A stretch of DNA of 64,000 nt from an uncultured Ruminococcus sp. (GTDB lineage Bacteria > Bacillota > Clostridia > Oscillospirales > Acutalibacteraceae): assembly GCA_904393835.1 (NCBI GenBank), contig CAJFNC010000009.1, positions 8,660 through 72,659 on the forward strand, given 5' to 3'. Each line of letters opens with the position of its first letter. Position 1 is the stretch's first letter. The position numbers and the translations under genes were made by a program. Below, in pieces: positions 38,983 through 49,265 of the stretch. The notes under the pieces are model-generated. The model ran no database searches, had not been told where the DNA came from, and saw nothing but the letters and a program-made list of their open reading frames with translations.

Positions 38983-41055
38983 TTATTCCTGATTTTCTGC
39001 TTTTGCCTTTTCGATAATTTTCTGAGCAACGTTTTCAGGAACTTCCTCATATCTTACGAATGAAAATTCGTATGAACCTCTGCCCTGCGTAACCTGCTTG
39101 ATGAATGTTGAAAAGTCGGACATTTCCGCAACGGGAACTTCCGCTTCTACTACCTGCATTCCGTTGTCGTCGGGATACATACCGAGCACACGGCCTCTGC
39201 GTTTGTTTACCTCGCCCATAACATCGCCCATATTTGAGTCAGGCACACACGCTTTAAGCGAGCCTATCGGTTCCAGGAGCGTCGGATTTGCATTGGGAAT
39301 ACCGTTTTTATATGCAAGGCTTGCTGCTGTCTTAAACGACATTTCCGATGAATCAACGGGGTGATAAGAGCCGTCATAGAGGGTCGCCTTTATGCCGACA
39401 GTCGGATATCCCGCCAAAACACCCTTTTTAATTGAATCTCTCAGACCCTTTTCTACTGCGGGGAAAAAGTTCTTGGGAACTGCACCGCCGACAACTCTTT
39501 CTTCAAATACAAGGTCGTCGGTATCCCATGGTTCAAACTCAATCCAAACATCGCCGAACTGACCATGACCGCCTGACTGCTTTTTGTATCTGCCCTGAGC
39601 AGAAACCTTTTTGCGAATTGTTTCACGGTATGCAACCTTGGGCTTCTGCAATGAAGCGTCAATGTTGTACTTGGACTTAAGTCTCGATATAACAACATCG
39701 AGGTGCTGCTCGCCCAACCCCGATACAAGCATTTCGTGTGTTTCGTGATTATTTTCCACCTTGATTGTGGGATCTTCGTCGGCAAGCTTTGACAAAGCCT
39801 GGGCAACCTTATCCTCATCGCCTTTCTTGGCAGGATAAATAGCCATTGTATATGATGAAGCCGGGTAGTCAATACCGTCAAGCACTACCTTGCGGAGCGG
39901 AGAACATAGCGTATCGCCCGTTTTTGTGGTGCTCAGCTTCGGAATTGCGCCTATATCGCCTGCGCAAATACAGCTGACGTCGCTTTGCTTTTTTCCGCAC
40001 ACGGATAAAAGCTTTGTAATTCTTTCCTGCTCGCCGGTACGCATATTAATCAGCGGCGCGTCGGTAGTGATTTTTCCCGAAACAGTCTTTACATATGAAA
40101 GACGTCCGATAAACGGGTCGGAAACCGTCTTAAATACTATTGCAGCTGTCGCTCCGCTGTCATTTACAGAAACTTCTACCGGGTCGCCGTTTATATCAAC
40201 GCCGATTTCGCTTCCCTTGTCGGCAGCTGACGGTGCAAGCCATGTAAGGCTGTTTAAAAGCTGGTCAATAGCAAAGGTATTATGTGCGTCACCGCAGAAT
40301 ACCGGGCATATAGAGCCGTCTTTTACGCCTTTACTTACACCGAGAATAATTTCCTCAGGTGTAAACTCCTCGCCCATTATGAATTTCTCAAGCAATTCCT
40401 CACTTGTTTCGGCAACCGCCTCTTTAATTGCTTCGCGCAGGCCCTCGAGCCTGTTACCCATATCGGGAAGAGCGGTCTGCTTGACGGCGCCGTCGGTTGA
40501 ATATTCATATGCCTTGTAGTCAAACAAATTAACATATGTATTTGCCTGACCGTCAACTATATACGGAACGACAACCGGGCACACCGAAGGTCCGAATGTC
40601 GCTTTGAGATTTTCAAATACACGGTAGAAACGAGCATCCTCGTCGCAAAGTCCGTTTACAAAAAACACCTTGGTAAGTCCTGCTTTTGTTGCTGCCGAGA
40701 CAGCCTTTTCGGTGCCTACATTTACGCCGTCCTTACCTGATACTACTATCAGAGCGGTATCTGCGGCACGCATACCCTCAGCCACACCGCCGGCAAAGTC
40801 AAACAGACCGGGAGTGTCGATAAGGTTGATTTTTGTATTCTTCCATTCAACGGGCGCAACGGCTGTCATAATAGACGCCTGACGCTTAATTTCCTCAGCA
40901 TCAAAATCAAGGGTAGTGTTACCCTCAGAAATTTTTCCGAGGCGCTCGGTAACTTTTGACAAATACAAAATTGACTCCGCAACGGATGTTTTTCCGCTGC
41001 CGCTGTGTCCTACTAAAGCAATATTTAAAATTTTATTTGCATCATACTGTTTCAA
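38983..41055 (-). CDS. Elongation factor G paralog (EF-G2/FusA2-type)
   Basis: GHSGSGKTS, DTPG, GLGEQHL, KKQSGGHGQFG, DGSYHPVDSSE; lies outside the str operon; G2 and G4 motifs diverge. Confidence 0.93.
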   Translation of the reverse strand: MKQYDANKILNIALVGHSGSGKTSVAESILYLSKVTERLGKISEGNTTLDFDAEEIKRQASIMTAVAPVEWKNTKINLIDTPGLFDFAGGVAEGMRAADTALIVVSGKDGVNVGTEKAVSAATKAGLTKVFFVNGLCDEDARFYRVFENLKATFGPSVCPVVVPYIVDGQANTYVNLFDYKAYEYSTDGAVKQTALPDMGNRLEGLREAIKEAVAETSEELLEKFIMGEEFTPEEIILGVSKGVKDGSICPVFCGDAHNTFAIDQLLNSLTWLAPSAADKGSEIGVDINGDPVEVSVNDSGATAAIVFKTVSDPFIGRLSYVKTVSGKITTDAPLINMRTGEQERITKLLSVCGKKQSDVSCICAGDIGAIPKLSTTKTGDTLCSPLRKVVLDGIDYPASSYTMAIYPAKKGDEDKVAQALSKLADEDPTIKVENNHETHEMLVSGLGEQHLDVVISRLKSKYNIDASLQKPKVAYRETIRKKVSAQGRYKKQSGGHGQFGDVWIEFEPWDTDDLVFEERVVGGAVPKNFFPAVEKGLRDSIKKGVLAGYPTVGIKATLYDGSYHPVDSSEMSFKTAASLAYKNGIPNANPTLLEPIGSLKACVPDSNMGDVMGEVNKRRGRVLGMYPDDNGMQVVEAEVPVAEMSDFSTFIKQVTQGRGSYEFSFVRYEEVPENVAQKIIEKAKAENQE

Positions 41056-41291
41056 AAAATAAAACTCCTTTCGTAGCTATGAAAGCACAAAATCAAATTG
41101 CACAAATGCTAAAATTATTTCTTGATTATTATATCATATTTGTATAAAATATACAACTAAATTTAAGCAAAATAAAAAAATTCACCCTTTGCCCAATTAG
41201 ACAAGGGGTGAATTGTGCAAATTGCTTATTTTATTTTAAAAAAACAATATACTGTACAAAATTAAATTAATATTTTATATGTTTTGTACAA

Positions 41292-42950
41292 TTATTCAAG
41301 TACAGCACCCTGAGCACCTGAGGTTACAAGCTTTGCGTAACGAGCAAGGTAACCCGTAGTTATTCTCGGTTTTCTCGGAGTCCATGTAGCTTTACGCTTT
41401 GCAAGCTCTTCGTCTGACACAAGAACATTAATTGTATTTGCAGGGATGTCAATTTCGATTGTATCGCCTTCTTCAACAAGGGCAATAGGGCCGCCTACTG
41501 CTGCTTCGGGTGAGACGTGACCGATTGCCGCGCCTCTTGTAGCGCCTGAAAAACGTCCGTCTGTGATAAGCGCTACGCAATTGCCGAGACCGCTGCCCAT
41601 AATAGCAGAAGTAGGATTGAGCATCTCTCTCATACCGGGGCCGCCCTTAGGTCCTTCGTAACGGATAACCACAACGTCGCCGGGATTGATTTTGCCGTCG
41701 TAGATTGCATTAAGTGCGTCCTCTTCACAGTCAAATACTCTGGCAAAGCCCTTGTGGTGCATCATTTCCTCTGCAACTGCACTTCTCTTAACTACGCAGC
41801 CATCGGGAGCAAGGTTACCCTTAAGCACTGCTATGCCGCCTGTCTTGCTGTACGGATTGGAAACCGGTCTGATGATTTCTGTATTTTTAATCTCGCAACC
41901 CTCAATGTTTTCACCGACAGTCTTGCCTGTACAGGTTTTAAGTGAAGTATTGATAAGGTTGAGTTTTGAAAGCTCGTGCATAACCGCATAAATACCGCCT
42001 GCCTCGTTAAGCTCCTCGATAAAGTGCTCGCCTGCGGGAGCAAGATGACAGAGGTTGGGAGTTTTGGCAGAAATGCCGTTGGCAATATCAAGGTCAAGAT
42101 CAATACCGCATTCGTGAGCGATTGCGGGCAAGTGAAGCATTGTATTTGTTGAGCAGCCGAGAGCCATATCAACTGTGAGAGCGTTTTTAAAAGCCTCTTC
42201 CGTCATAATATCTCTCGGACGAATATCATTTTTAACAAGCTCCATAATCTGCATACCTGCGTGCTTTGCAAGCTGCAAACGCTGTGAGTAAACAGCGGGA
42301 ATTGTACCGTTGCCTTTTAAACCCATTCCGATAACTTCCGTTAGGCAGTTCATACTGTTTGCAGTAAACATACCCGAACATGAACCGCAGGTAGGACAAG
42401 CGTTGTTTTCGTATTCGCCGAGCTTTTCGTCGTCGATTTCGCCCACCTTATAGCGTGAAACTGCCTCCGAAACAGTTGAGTAACTGATTTTTTTGCCGTC
42501 AACTCTGCCTGCAAGCATAGGACCGCCGCTGACAAAAATTGTCGGAATATTGATTCTTGCCGCAGCCATCAAAAGGCCTGGAACGTTTTTATCGCAGTTT
42601 GGAACCATTACAAGACCGTCAAAAGCATGAGCCTTTGCCATAGCCTCTGTTGAATCGGCGATAAGCTCACGAGTTACGAGTGAATATTTCATACCCTCGT
42701 GACCCATTGCAATACCGTCGCAAACAGCAATTGCAGGAAATACAATCGGTACGCCGCCAGCAAGAGCAACGCCCATTTTAACTGCCTCTACTACCTTGTC
42801 AATATTCATATGACCGGGCACGATATCATTTTTTGAGCTTACGATACCGATTTTCGGCTTTTTGATTTCTTCGTCTGTAAGTCCGAGAGCGTGCAAAAGT
42901 GTACGCTGCGGAGCGGCGTTGATGCCCTCCGAAATAACTGAACTTTTCAT
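41292..42950 (-). CDS. ilvD: Dihydroxy-acid dehydratase
   Basis: [46 protein letters not shown]. Confidence 0.97.
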   Translation of the reverse strand: MKSSVISEGINAAPQRTLLHALGLTDEEIKKPKIGIVSSKNDIVPGHMNIDKVVEAVKMGVALAGGVPIVFPAIAVCDGIAMGHEGMKYSLVTRELIADSTEAMAKAHAFDGLVMVPNCDKNVPGLLMAAARINIPTIFVSGGPMLAGRVDGKKISYSTVSEAVSRYKVGEIDDEKLGEYENNACPTCGSCSGMFTANSMNCLTEVIGMGLKGNGTIPAVYSQRLQLAKHAGMQIMELVKNDIRPRDIMTEEAFKNALTVDMALGCSTNTMLHLPAIAHECGIDLDLDIANGISAKTPNLCHLAPAGEHFIEELNEAGGIYAVMHELSKLNLINTSLKTCTGKTVGENIEGCEIKNTEIIRPVSNPYSKTGGIAVLKGNLAPDGCVVKRSAVAEEMMHHKGFARVFDCEEDALNAIYDGKINPGDVVVIRYEGPKGGPGMREMLNPTSAIMGSGLGNCVALITDGRFSGATRGAAIGHVSPEAAVGGPIALVEEGDTIEIDIPANTINVLVSDEELAKRKATWTPRKPRITTGYLARYAKLVTSGAQGAVLE

Positions 42951-43233
42951 ATGTAACATTCCTTTCAGAATTAAATTAATTAGCGTCAGATTATAATAAA
43001 ATACTGATATACTTTCATATTATCATAAGCACCCGATAAAATCAAGGCAATAAGTACAAATATAATATGATTTTACAACATTTACCTTAGCCGTCGTTAA
43101 CTAAATCAAGAGGAAAATGTGCCGAGGCTTGAGGACTTTCCGTTCCTTTCAACAAAAAGTTCCTCTGCCGCGGCGTGTATTATTTGCCTCTGTCGCAAAC
43201 TATTGGTTGCAGCTGCATAAAACTTTCGATATT

Positions 43234-44154
43234 TTAACTTAAAAATCCTTCGATGATTTTATTTTCCGCCTCCTGCTCGGTAAGTCCGAGTGTGCGGAGT
43301 TTGAGAATCTGGTCTCCCGCGATTTTTCCGATTGCTGCTTCGTGAATCAATGAGGCGTCCTCACATCTTGCACTTAGCTTTGGTGCGGCGTCAACAGTTG
43401 CCTTGCCGCTGATAATAGCGTCGCACTCCGAGTGACCGCTGCACTTTGCATTTCCGATAATATTCGAGGTGTACTCCTGGTACGAGGTATCTTTTGCAAC
43501 CGAACGGGAGACTATATCAACGCCCGAATCTTCGCCGTTGAGCTCAACTGTAAACGTGGTTACTGCCGTCTGCTCCTTTTCGGTCATAATTCTTTCTCTT
43601 ATCAAAAGCTTTGCGCCTGCTTTAAGCGACGCCTTTGTCTTTCGGTCGGTTTTATCGACTCCTCCGATTTGAGCCGTGTCCATTTCAAGCACCGAGTCCT
43701 CATCAAGAAAAACCTCGGTTACAGGGTCAATAGACCTGATTCCGTTTCCTTTGCCGGTACCGATATGTTTTTCAACATATTTTACCTTAGCGCCTTTTTC
43801 AAGGAAAAATCTGTGAATACCGTTATGGCGGGCAGGCTCGCCGTTTTCTGTGTGAACTCCGCAGCCTGCAACAATTACCACATCAGCGTTTTCTCCGACA
43901 AAAAAGTCATTATATACCAAATCGTCAACATCACCGTGGGTAACGCAGGCAGGAATTGAAACGGTTTCTCCCTTTGTGCCCGGCATTATATGAATATCAA
44001 GTCCCGGCGCGTCGGTTTTGCTGTCTATTATTATATTTTTACTTGACTGTCGCCCAACCGAACAGCCGTTTTCTCTTATGTTATAAGCTCCTTTGAAAGA
44101 ACCGTTGTAATTGGAAATTACTTTGAGCATTTTTTCTGTAATGTTATTCATCAA
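43234..44154 (-). CDS. SufB/SufD-family Fe-S scaffold (short, SmsB-like)
   Basis: GHSECDAII, LIHEAAIGKI, TLGLTEQEAE...IIEGFL; paired with a SufC-like ATPase. Confidence 0.85.
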   Translation of the reverse strand: MMNNITEKMLKVISNYNGSFKGAYNIRENGCSVGRQSSKNIIIDSKTDAPGLDIHIMPGTKGETVSIPACVTHGDVDDLVYNDFFVGENADVVIVAGCGVHTENGEPARHNGIHRFFLEKGAKVKYVEKHIGTGKGNGIRSIDPVTEVFLDEDSVLEMDTAQIGGVDKTDRKTKASLKAGAKLLIRERIMTEKEQTAVTTFTVELNGEDSGVDIVSRSVAKDTSYQEYTSNIIGNAKCSGHSECDAIISGKATVDAAPKLSARCEDASLIHEAAIGKIAGDQILKLRTLGLTEQEAENKIIEGFLS

Positions 44155-44875
44155 AAATCGCCTCCTCTTTGCGGCAGGACGGTTTTATGCCTCCGTCGGC
44201 AAACACGTGCTGCATCATTTTTTCACGTTCTCCCTGCTGACTGATTTTTCCGTCTGCAAGCAGAACAATTTCATCTGCTATTTTCAGAATACGCTCCTGA
44301 TGAGAAATTATGAGCATTGTTTCAAGATGATTTTCGTGCATATTTTTAAATACGCCGATAAGGCTTTTAAAGCTCCAGAGGTCAATACCTGCTTCGGGCT
44401 CATCAAAAACCGTTATGTTAGTTTTGCGCGCAATTACCGTAGCAATTTCAATTCTCTTGATTTCCCCGCCCGAGAGAGTATCGTTTACTTCTCGGTCAAG
44501 GTAGTTGCGCGCACAAAGTCCCACGCTTGCGAGAATGTCGCAAAGCTCCTTATCGTTAAGCTTGCTTTGGGCAGCGATTTCAATGAGCTGTCTTACCGTT
44601 ATACCCTTGAATCTTACCGGCTGCTGAAAAGCAAAGCTAATGCCGATTTTTGCGCGTTCGGTTACGTCAAAATCGGTTATATCCTTGTCATCAAGAAATA
44701 TTTTGCCCTCTGAGGGCTTTTCGATACCTGCAATAATTTTTGCAAGCGTTGTTTTTCCGCTGCCGTTAGGTCCCGTGATTACCGTGAGCTTGCCTGACGG
44801 AATGTCAAGATTGAGTCCGTTTAGGATTTTTTTGCCGTCAGGGGAAACCCATGATATATTTTGTAAACTTAACAT
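44144..44875 (-). CDS. SufC-like ABC ATPase (SmsC-like)
   Basis: GPNGSGKTT, LSGGEIKRIEIA, DEPEAGIDLWS, ISHQERIL. Confidence 0.85.
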   Translation of the reverse strand: MLSLQNISWVSPDGKKILNGLNLDIPSGKLTVITGPNGSGKTTLAKIIAGIEKPSEGKIFLDDKDITDFDVTERAKIGISFAFQQPVRFKGITVRQLIEIAAQSKLNDKELCDILASVGLCARNYLDREVNDTLSGGEIKRIEIATVIARKTNITVFDEPEAGIDLWSFKSLIGVFKNMHENHLETMLIISHQERILKIADEIVLLADGKISQQGEREKMMQHVFADGGIKPSCRKEEAIFDE

Positions 44876-45182
44876 ATCAATTCTCCTTGTATGTGTAGAT
44901 ATTTACCTTATTTTAGTATCTGTATTTTAATAAAAAATACTCAAATGTTGCTATATTTTACCGTTAATATTTAAAAATTAGTTTTTGCTAACTGCAATTT
45001 TATCAATCCTTGTAAATTTATAGGAATGATAGGGATTACAGTTATAAAAACTGTGTTCATATAATTATAAAGCGTATGGATATTTTTGTCAAGAAGCAGG
45101 ATTTTTTGTCGGAAATCCTGTCTAAAATCCGCCTAAAAAACACATATAACCACAAAATAAGATACGCTTGTATATTAACCTT

Positions 45183-46403
45183 TTAATATATCTTTTTTAC
45201 TTTTTGAAGAGTGTATATCGACTTGTTCATATTGAAAACATAAGCGATTGCGCAAACAATAAAAAAGTACGGCATATATTCAAATCCGAACACCTCGCCG
45301 CCGATAAAAATCGGGGCAAACAGAGTATTTGTGGCGCTTCCGAAAACTGCCGCATAGCCTAAGGCGGCAACAAACGCTGTCGGCATATTGAAAACGCACG
45401 CAAGCACAGCACCGAGACTTGCTCCGATTGCAAACAGCGGAGTTACCTCGCCGCCCTGAAAACCTGCCGCAAGCGTTATTACGGTGAGAGCGAATTTTAA
45501 AATCCAGTCATAAGTATAAATTGTTTCGCCGTTTAAACTGCTGTTGATAAGGTTGGTGCCAAGGCCCGAATATCTGCCCTGCCAAAGAAGTATAAAAAGT
45601 ATGCTCAAAGCAACGCCGATTACGGCAATTCTGATTATCGGGTTTTTGAGCTTTTCACCTGCAAGATTTTTGGCAAACTTTAAGCAAAGCGCAAATGCAC
45701 CGCCGACAATACCGAAAATTACACCTATTACAAGCAATTTAAAAAAAGTTTCCGCAGTAAGATTTATATTTAACCTGAGTGCAAATGTAAATTTTTCAAG
45801 ACCTGTAAAACGGGCAACGGTACTTGCCGTAAATGATGCGGCAAAGGTTGGCAAAAGCGCCTGATACCTCATCTCGCCCGCCGTGAGAACCTCCACGGCA
45901 AAAAGCACAGCCGCTATCGGTGTACCGAACAAGCCCGCAAAACCGGCTGCCATACCTGCTACAAGAAAAATCTGCCCCGCATTTTTTACGGGAATCCGTT
46001 TGCCGACAAAATGAGAAATCGTTGCTCCGATTTGAACGGCCACACCTTCTCTGCCCGCGCTGCCGCCGAAAAGGTGCGTAAGCCATGTACCCGACATAAC
46101 AAACGGAATAAGTCGCAGAGGAATCGCATTTTCGTCGCCGTTACCGACTTCAAATACCAGATTCATACCCTTTGAGCTTTTTCCGCCGAATTTTTGGTAA
46201 CAATAGACTATTACTATACCTGCCAACGGCAAAAAAGGTATGTAGTACAGCGGATTTACATCACGTATATCTGTAATTTTCAGCAGAATTTGCCCGAAAA
46301 ACGAATCTACTGCGCCTATCGCCGCTCCTACGGGAATAGCAACTGATGTCAACAGCAGTATTTCTCCTAAGTTTTGAAAAATATTTTTTACAGTCGTTTT
46401 CAT
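45183..46403 (-). CDS. CLC-F type fluoride/proton antiporter (EriC-F)
   Basis: GMNLV, GREGV and GGEVTP signatures; upstream fluoride riboswitch. Confidence 0.85.
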   Translation of the reverse strand: MKTTVKNIFQNLGEILLLTSVAIPVGAAIGAVDSFFGQILLKITDIRDVNPLYYIPFLPLAGIVIVYCYQKFGGKSSKGMNLVFEVGNGDENAIPLRLIPFVMSGTWLTHLFGGSAGREGVAVQIGATISHFVGKRIPVKNAGQIFLVAGMAAGFAGLFGTPIAAVLFAVEVLTAGEMRYQALLPTFAASFTASTVARFTGLEKFTFALRLNINLTAETFFKLLVIGVIFGIVGGAFALCLKFAKNLAGEKLKNPIIRIAVIGVALSILFILLWQGRYSGLGTNLINSSLNGETIYTYDWILKFALTVITLAAGFQGGEVTPLFAIGASLGAVLACVFNMPTAFVAALGYAAVFGSATNTLFAPIFIGGEVFGFEYMPYFFIVCAIAYVFNMNKSIYTLQKVKKIY

Positions 46404-46441
46404 AAACCTCACCCCGGCAATTAATTTTTGTTTCAGGCAAC

Positions 46442-46529
46442 AAAAAAGCTGATTACCCCTATGTTGCCATAGAAGTCATCAGCACATCGGCGGTTTAGGA
46501 CATGATCCAAGGGAGCACCTCATTCCCTG
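46442..46529 (-). ncRNA. Fluoride (crcB) riboswitch with terminator expression platform
   Basis: GGGAAUGAGGUGCUCCC...AAACCGC...GCUGAUGACUUCUA; the 3-prime part can pair with CAUAGGGGUAAUCAGC, followed by U6. Confidence 0.92.
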
Positions 46530-46645
46530 TATTTACTTTATATTACCACTGCTATTATTAATTTTCAAGTTAAATTTGAATATTTTCCGTATCTTACCGT
46601 ATCATTGCTTACAAAAGCCAGCTTAATTATTACAGTATTTCTCTG

Positions 46646-47794
46646 TTATTCAAGCATTATTTCTTTGACAGAAATTTTCTTTATTCTTTCGGAATAGATG
46701 TGCATTACAGCTTCGTAGATTACAACAAAGGCTGCAAGAGAAATAAGCATAACAGGAAAATCAAATTCATAAGCGGGTACATTCTCGACATCTTTAAACA
46801 CAATATCAACCATAATACGAAGCAATACATATTGATACACCGTTCCGACAGCAAAGCCGATGTATGACATAGGTCTGTAACCGCTGAGAATTGCTTTGCT
46901 GCATTCTTTTTGCGAATATCCAAATACTCTCATCATTGCAATTGTTTTTGTATTGCCGTTAATGACCGTTGTTATCGCAAGCAATAATGTAGTAAACGCC
47001 AGTGCAATTCCGATAAGCAACATCATTGCCCCCATCATTTCGCTTGATAAATCTTTCATACTAAATGACATCTGCGTCATTGCCGAAAAACAAAAAGATG
47101 CAAAGATAATAAAAAACGTAAGCGTTTTTTTGCTCTTTATCGTATTCTTTTTTAACTCGTTAATAAATGAACATTCGCTGTTTTTATCTGTTTTGTGTTT
47201 TTTTATTTTAGCCGTTGTATGCAGGCTGTCTTTCAAAAGGTTTAATACAGGTTTTTTCAGCTTATACCAAGCATAGAAAATTGCAATGGCAGCAAAAATT
47301 ACTGTCGGTAATATCACAAAATAAACAAAAACAGTGGGATAGAAATGAACAGAAATCTTCGGCAACAGCTTATCTTCATTTTGCAGCTCATAAAATTTCG
47401 GCATTAATATAAATGCTCCTCCGAAACCGATTGCAGTTCCGATAAAAGTACTTATTCCAAACACCCAAAAATTCTTTGCAATTTTAAAATTTGTATATCC
47501 CAAAGCCTTTAATATGCCGAGTTCTTTTTTGTGTGTATCTATATAATGCTTAATATAAAATATCAGCATTACAACAGAAGTTATAAAAAGGCAGCCTCCG
47601 GATACAAGGCAAACCACTTTTACCGTGGATACCTGAGCGTTATAATAAAACATCGATAATTCCGACGTTATTTCATTCTTGACCGAAAGAATATCAAAAT
47701 AGAAGTTTAAAAATAAAGTACACACAAACACAGCACAGCAAGATATGACAGAAATACCGATAAGCTTTGCAGCGTCTTTTATTCCGACAATCAT
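46646..47794 (-). CDS. ABC transporter permease, FtsX/MacB-like
   Basis: ELGILKALGY and IAMMRVFGYS repeats; about 8 TM segments; small extracellular parts. Confidence 0.85.
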   Translation of the reverse strand: MIVGIKDAAKLIGISVISCCAVFVCTLFLNFYFDILSVKNEITSELSMFYYNAQVSTVKVVCLVSGGCLFITSVVMLIFYIKHYIDTHKKELGILKALGYTNFKIAKNFWVFGISTFIGTAIGFGGAFILMPKFYELQNEDKLLPKISVHFYPTVFVYFVILPTVIFAAIAIFYAWYKLKKPVLNLLKDSLHTTAKIKKHKTDKNSECSFINELKKNTIKSKKTLTFFIIFASFCFSAMTQMSFSMKDLSSEMMGAMMLLIGIALAFTTLLLAITTVINGNTKTIAMMRVFGYSQKECSKAILSGYRPMSYIGFAVGTVYQYVLLRIMVDIVFKDVENVPAYEFDFPVMLISLAAFVVIYEAVMHIYSERIKKISVKEIMLE

Positions 47795-47798
47795 ATCA

Positions 47799-48491
47799 TC
47801 ACCAGCCAATCTCATAAGCGGTTTTTTGTATTTCGTTGGAATAGATTTGAGATACTTTTCCGCTGTTCATCTTAATTACTGTGTTTGCCATTTCAGCAAT
47901 ATTCAAATTGTGCGTTACCATTACGATTGTAAAACCGTATTCTTTTTGCAGCTTGCAGATATAGTCAAGCACCTGTCTTCCGGTTTGCTCGTCTAATGCG
48001 CCTGTCGGTTCGTCAAGGAATAAAACCTTCGGCTTTTTTGCCAAAGCTCTTGCAACTGAAACTCTCTGCTGTTCGCCGCCCGAGAGTTCACTCGGAAACT
48101 TATGTAGTTTATCACCAAGTCCAACCGCTTTGATGATTTCTTTATAATCTTTGTTGCCGGCCAGATCGGCGCCCATTTTTACATTTTTGTCAACACTCAT
48201 ATTAGGCAGCAAATAATACTGCTGAAAAATAAATCCAACAGTTACTTTGCGAAATTGAGTCAATTCTTTATCGGTCATTGCCGATATATCTGTTTTGTCA
48301 TACAGTATTTTTCCGCTGTCAGGGCGTTCAAGTCCCGATATTACATTTAGCAAAGTGGATTTTCCCGAACCCGACGCCCCGAGAATTACCGTAAAGTCCC
48401 CGTCTTTAATTTCCAAACTGATACCTTTTAATACTTGTAATCCGCTTTCGCCTGTTCCGTAAGATTTTGTAATTTCTTTTACTTCAATCAT
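47799..48491 (-). CDS. ABC ATPase, MacB/LolD-like
   Basis: GASGSGKST, LSGGEQQRV, DEPTGALD, VTHN. Confidence 0.93.
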   Translation of the reverse strand: MIEVKEITKSYGTGESGLQVLKGISLEIKDGDFTVILGASGSGKSTLLNVISGLERPDSGKILYDKTDISAMTDKELTQFRKVTVGFIFQQYYLLPNMSVDKNVKMGADLAGNKDYKEIIKAVGLGDKLHKFPSELSGGEQQRVSVARALAKKPKVLFLDEPTGALDEQTGRQVLDYICKLQKEYGFTIVMVTHNLNIAEMANTVIKMNSGKVSQIYSNEIQKTAYEIGW

Positions 48492-49065
48492 CGTGCTTTC
48501 TTACCCCCATATTTTTCAAAAGACTCACACATACCTCTGTCATCATCTTACTGATTTCCTCACCCGTAAATCGGCACATATTGGTAGCGCAAAGCATTGC
48601 TATACCGTGAGTGTATATCCAAAGGTGACGGTACAATTTTACGGCAGAAACACTGTCTATTCCAAAGTCCCGTTGTATAGATGAGATAATTTGCTCATAG
48701 TTGTCATCTATCAAAGGCAGTACATCTGTCAAATCGGGAATTTGCTTATGCTCATTCATAAAGAGAAGCCGAAACAGTTTCGGTTCATTTATCGCAAAAA
48801 GAATATACTGCATTCCCACACCTTTAAACGCCGGCTTTTGTGATAATCCTTTTTGGACATATTCTTTATAACGCTTTTTGGCTTCTTCAATTACGGACTG
48901 CTGTACCTCTTCCATATTTTGGAACACTGTAAAAATCGGTCTTGCCGAACTGCCGAGCTTTGCGCCCAAAGCTCTTGAAGTTAAAGAGTCAACACCCTCT
49001 TCCCTGACAATGGTTAATGCGGCTTTTGTGATTTCTTCTTTTGAAAATTTTGCTTTTGGCGGCAC
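48484..49065 (-). CDS. TetR/AcrR-family regulator (WHG-like C-terminus)
   Basis: N-terminal HTH (LTSRALGAKLGSSARPIFTVF), LWIYTHGIA; GTG start; overlaps the ATPase start. Confidence 0.88.
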   Translation of the reverse strand: MPPKAKFSKEEITKAALTIVREEGVDSLTSRALGAKLGSSARPIFTVFQNMEEVQQSVIEEAKKRYKEYVQKGLSQKPAFKGVGMQYILFAINEPKLFRLLFMNEHKQIPDLTDVLPLIDDNYEQIISSIQRDFGIDSVSAVKLYRHLWIYTHGIAMLCATNMCRFTGEEISKMMTEVCVSLLKNMGVRKHDD

Positions 49066-49099
49066 TCAATATCAATCCCTTTAATTAAAATCAAGCGTT

Positions 49100-49168
49100 T
49101 TAAATCAATTGATTTAATTATAAGTGAATATCTTCCGGAAGTCAATATTTCAAACGTAAATTTTACGT
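49100..49168. promoter_or_regulatory. Two palindromes upstream of tetR (candidate operators)
   Basis: TTAAATCAATTGATTTAA (perfect 18 bp, 49100-49117) and ACGTAAA-T-TTTACGT (49154-49168). Confidence 0.4.
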
Positions 49169-49265
49169 AAAAAGCAAACAGCGTAACGTACAAAAAATTA
49201 ATGCACGTCACGCTGTTTGTTTAAGTTCTGCTTATGATTATTTATCTGTGCAGTGATGGAGCAGA

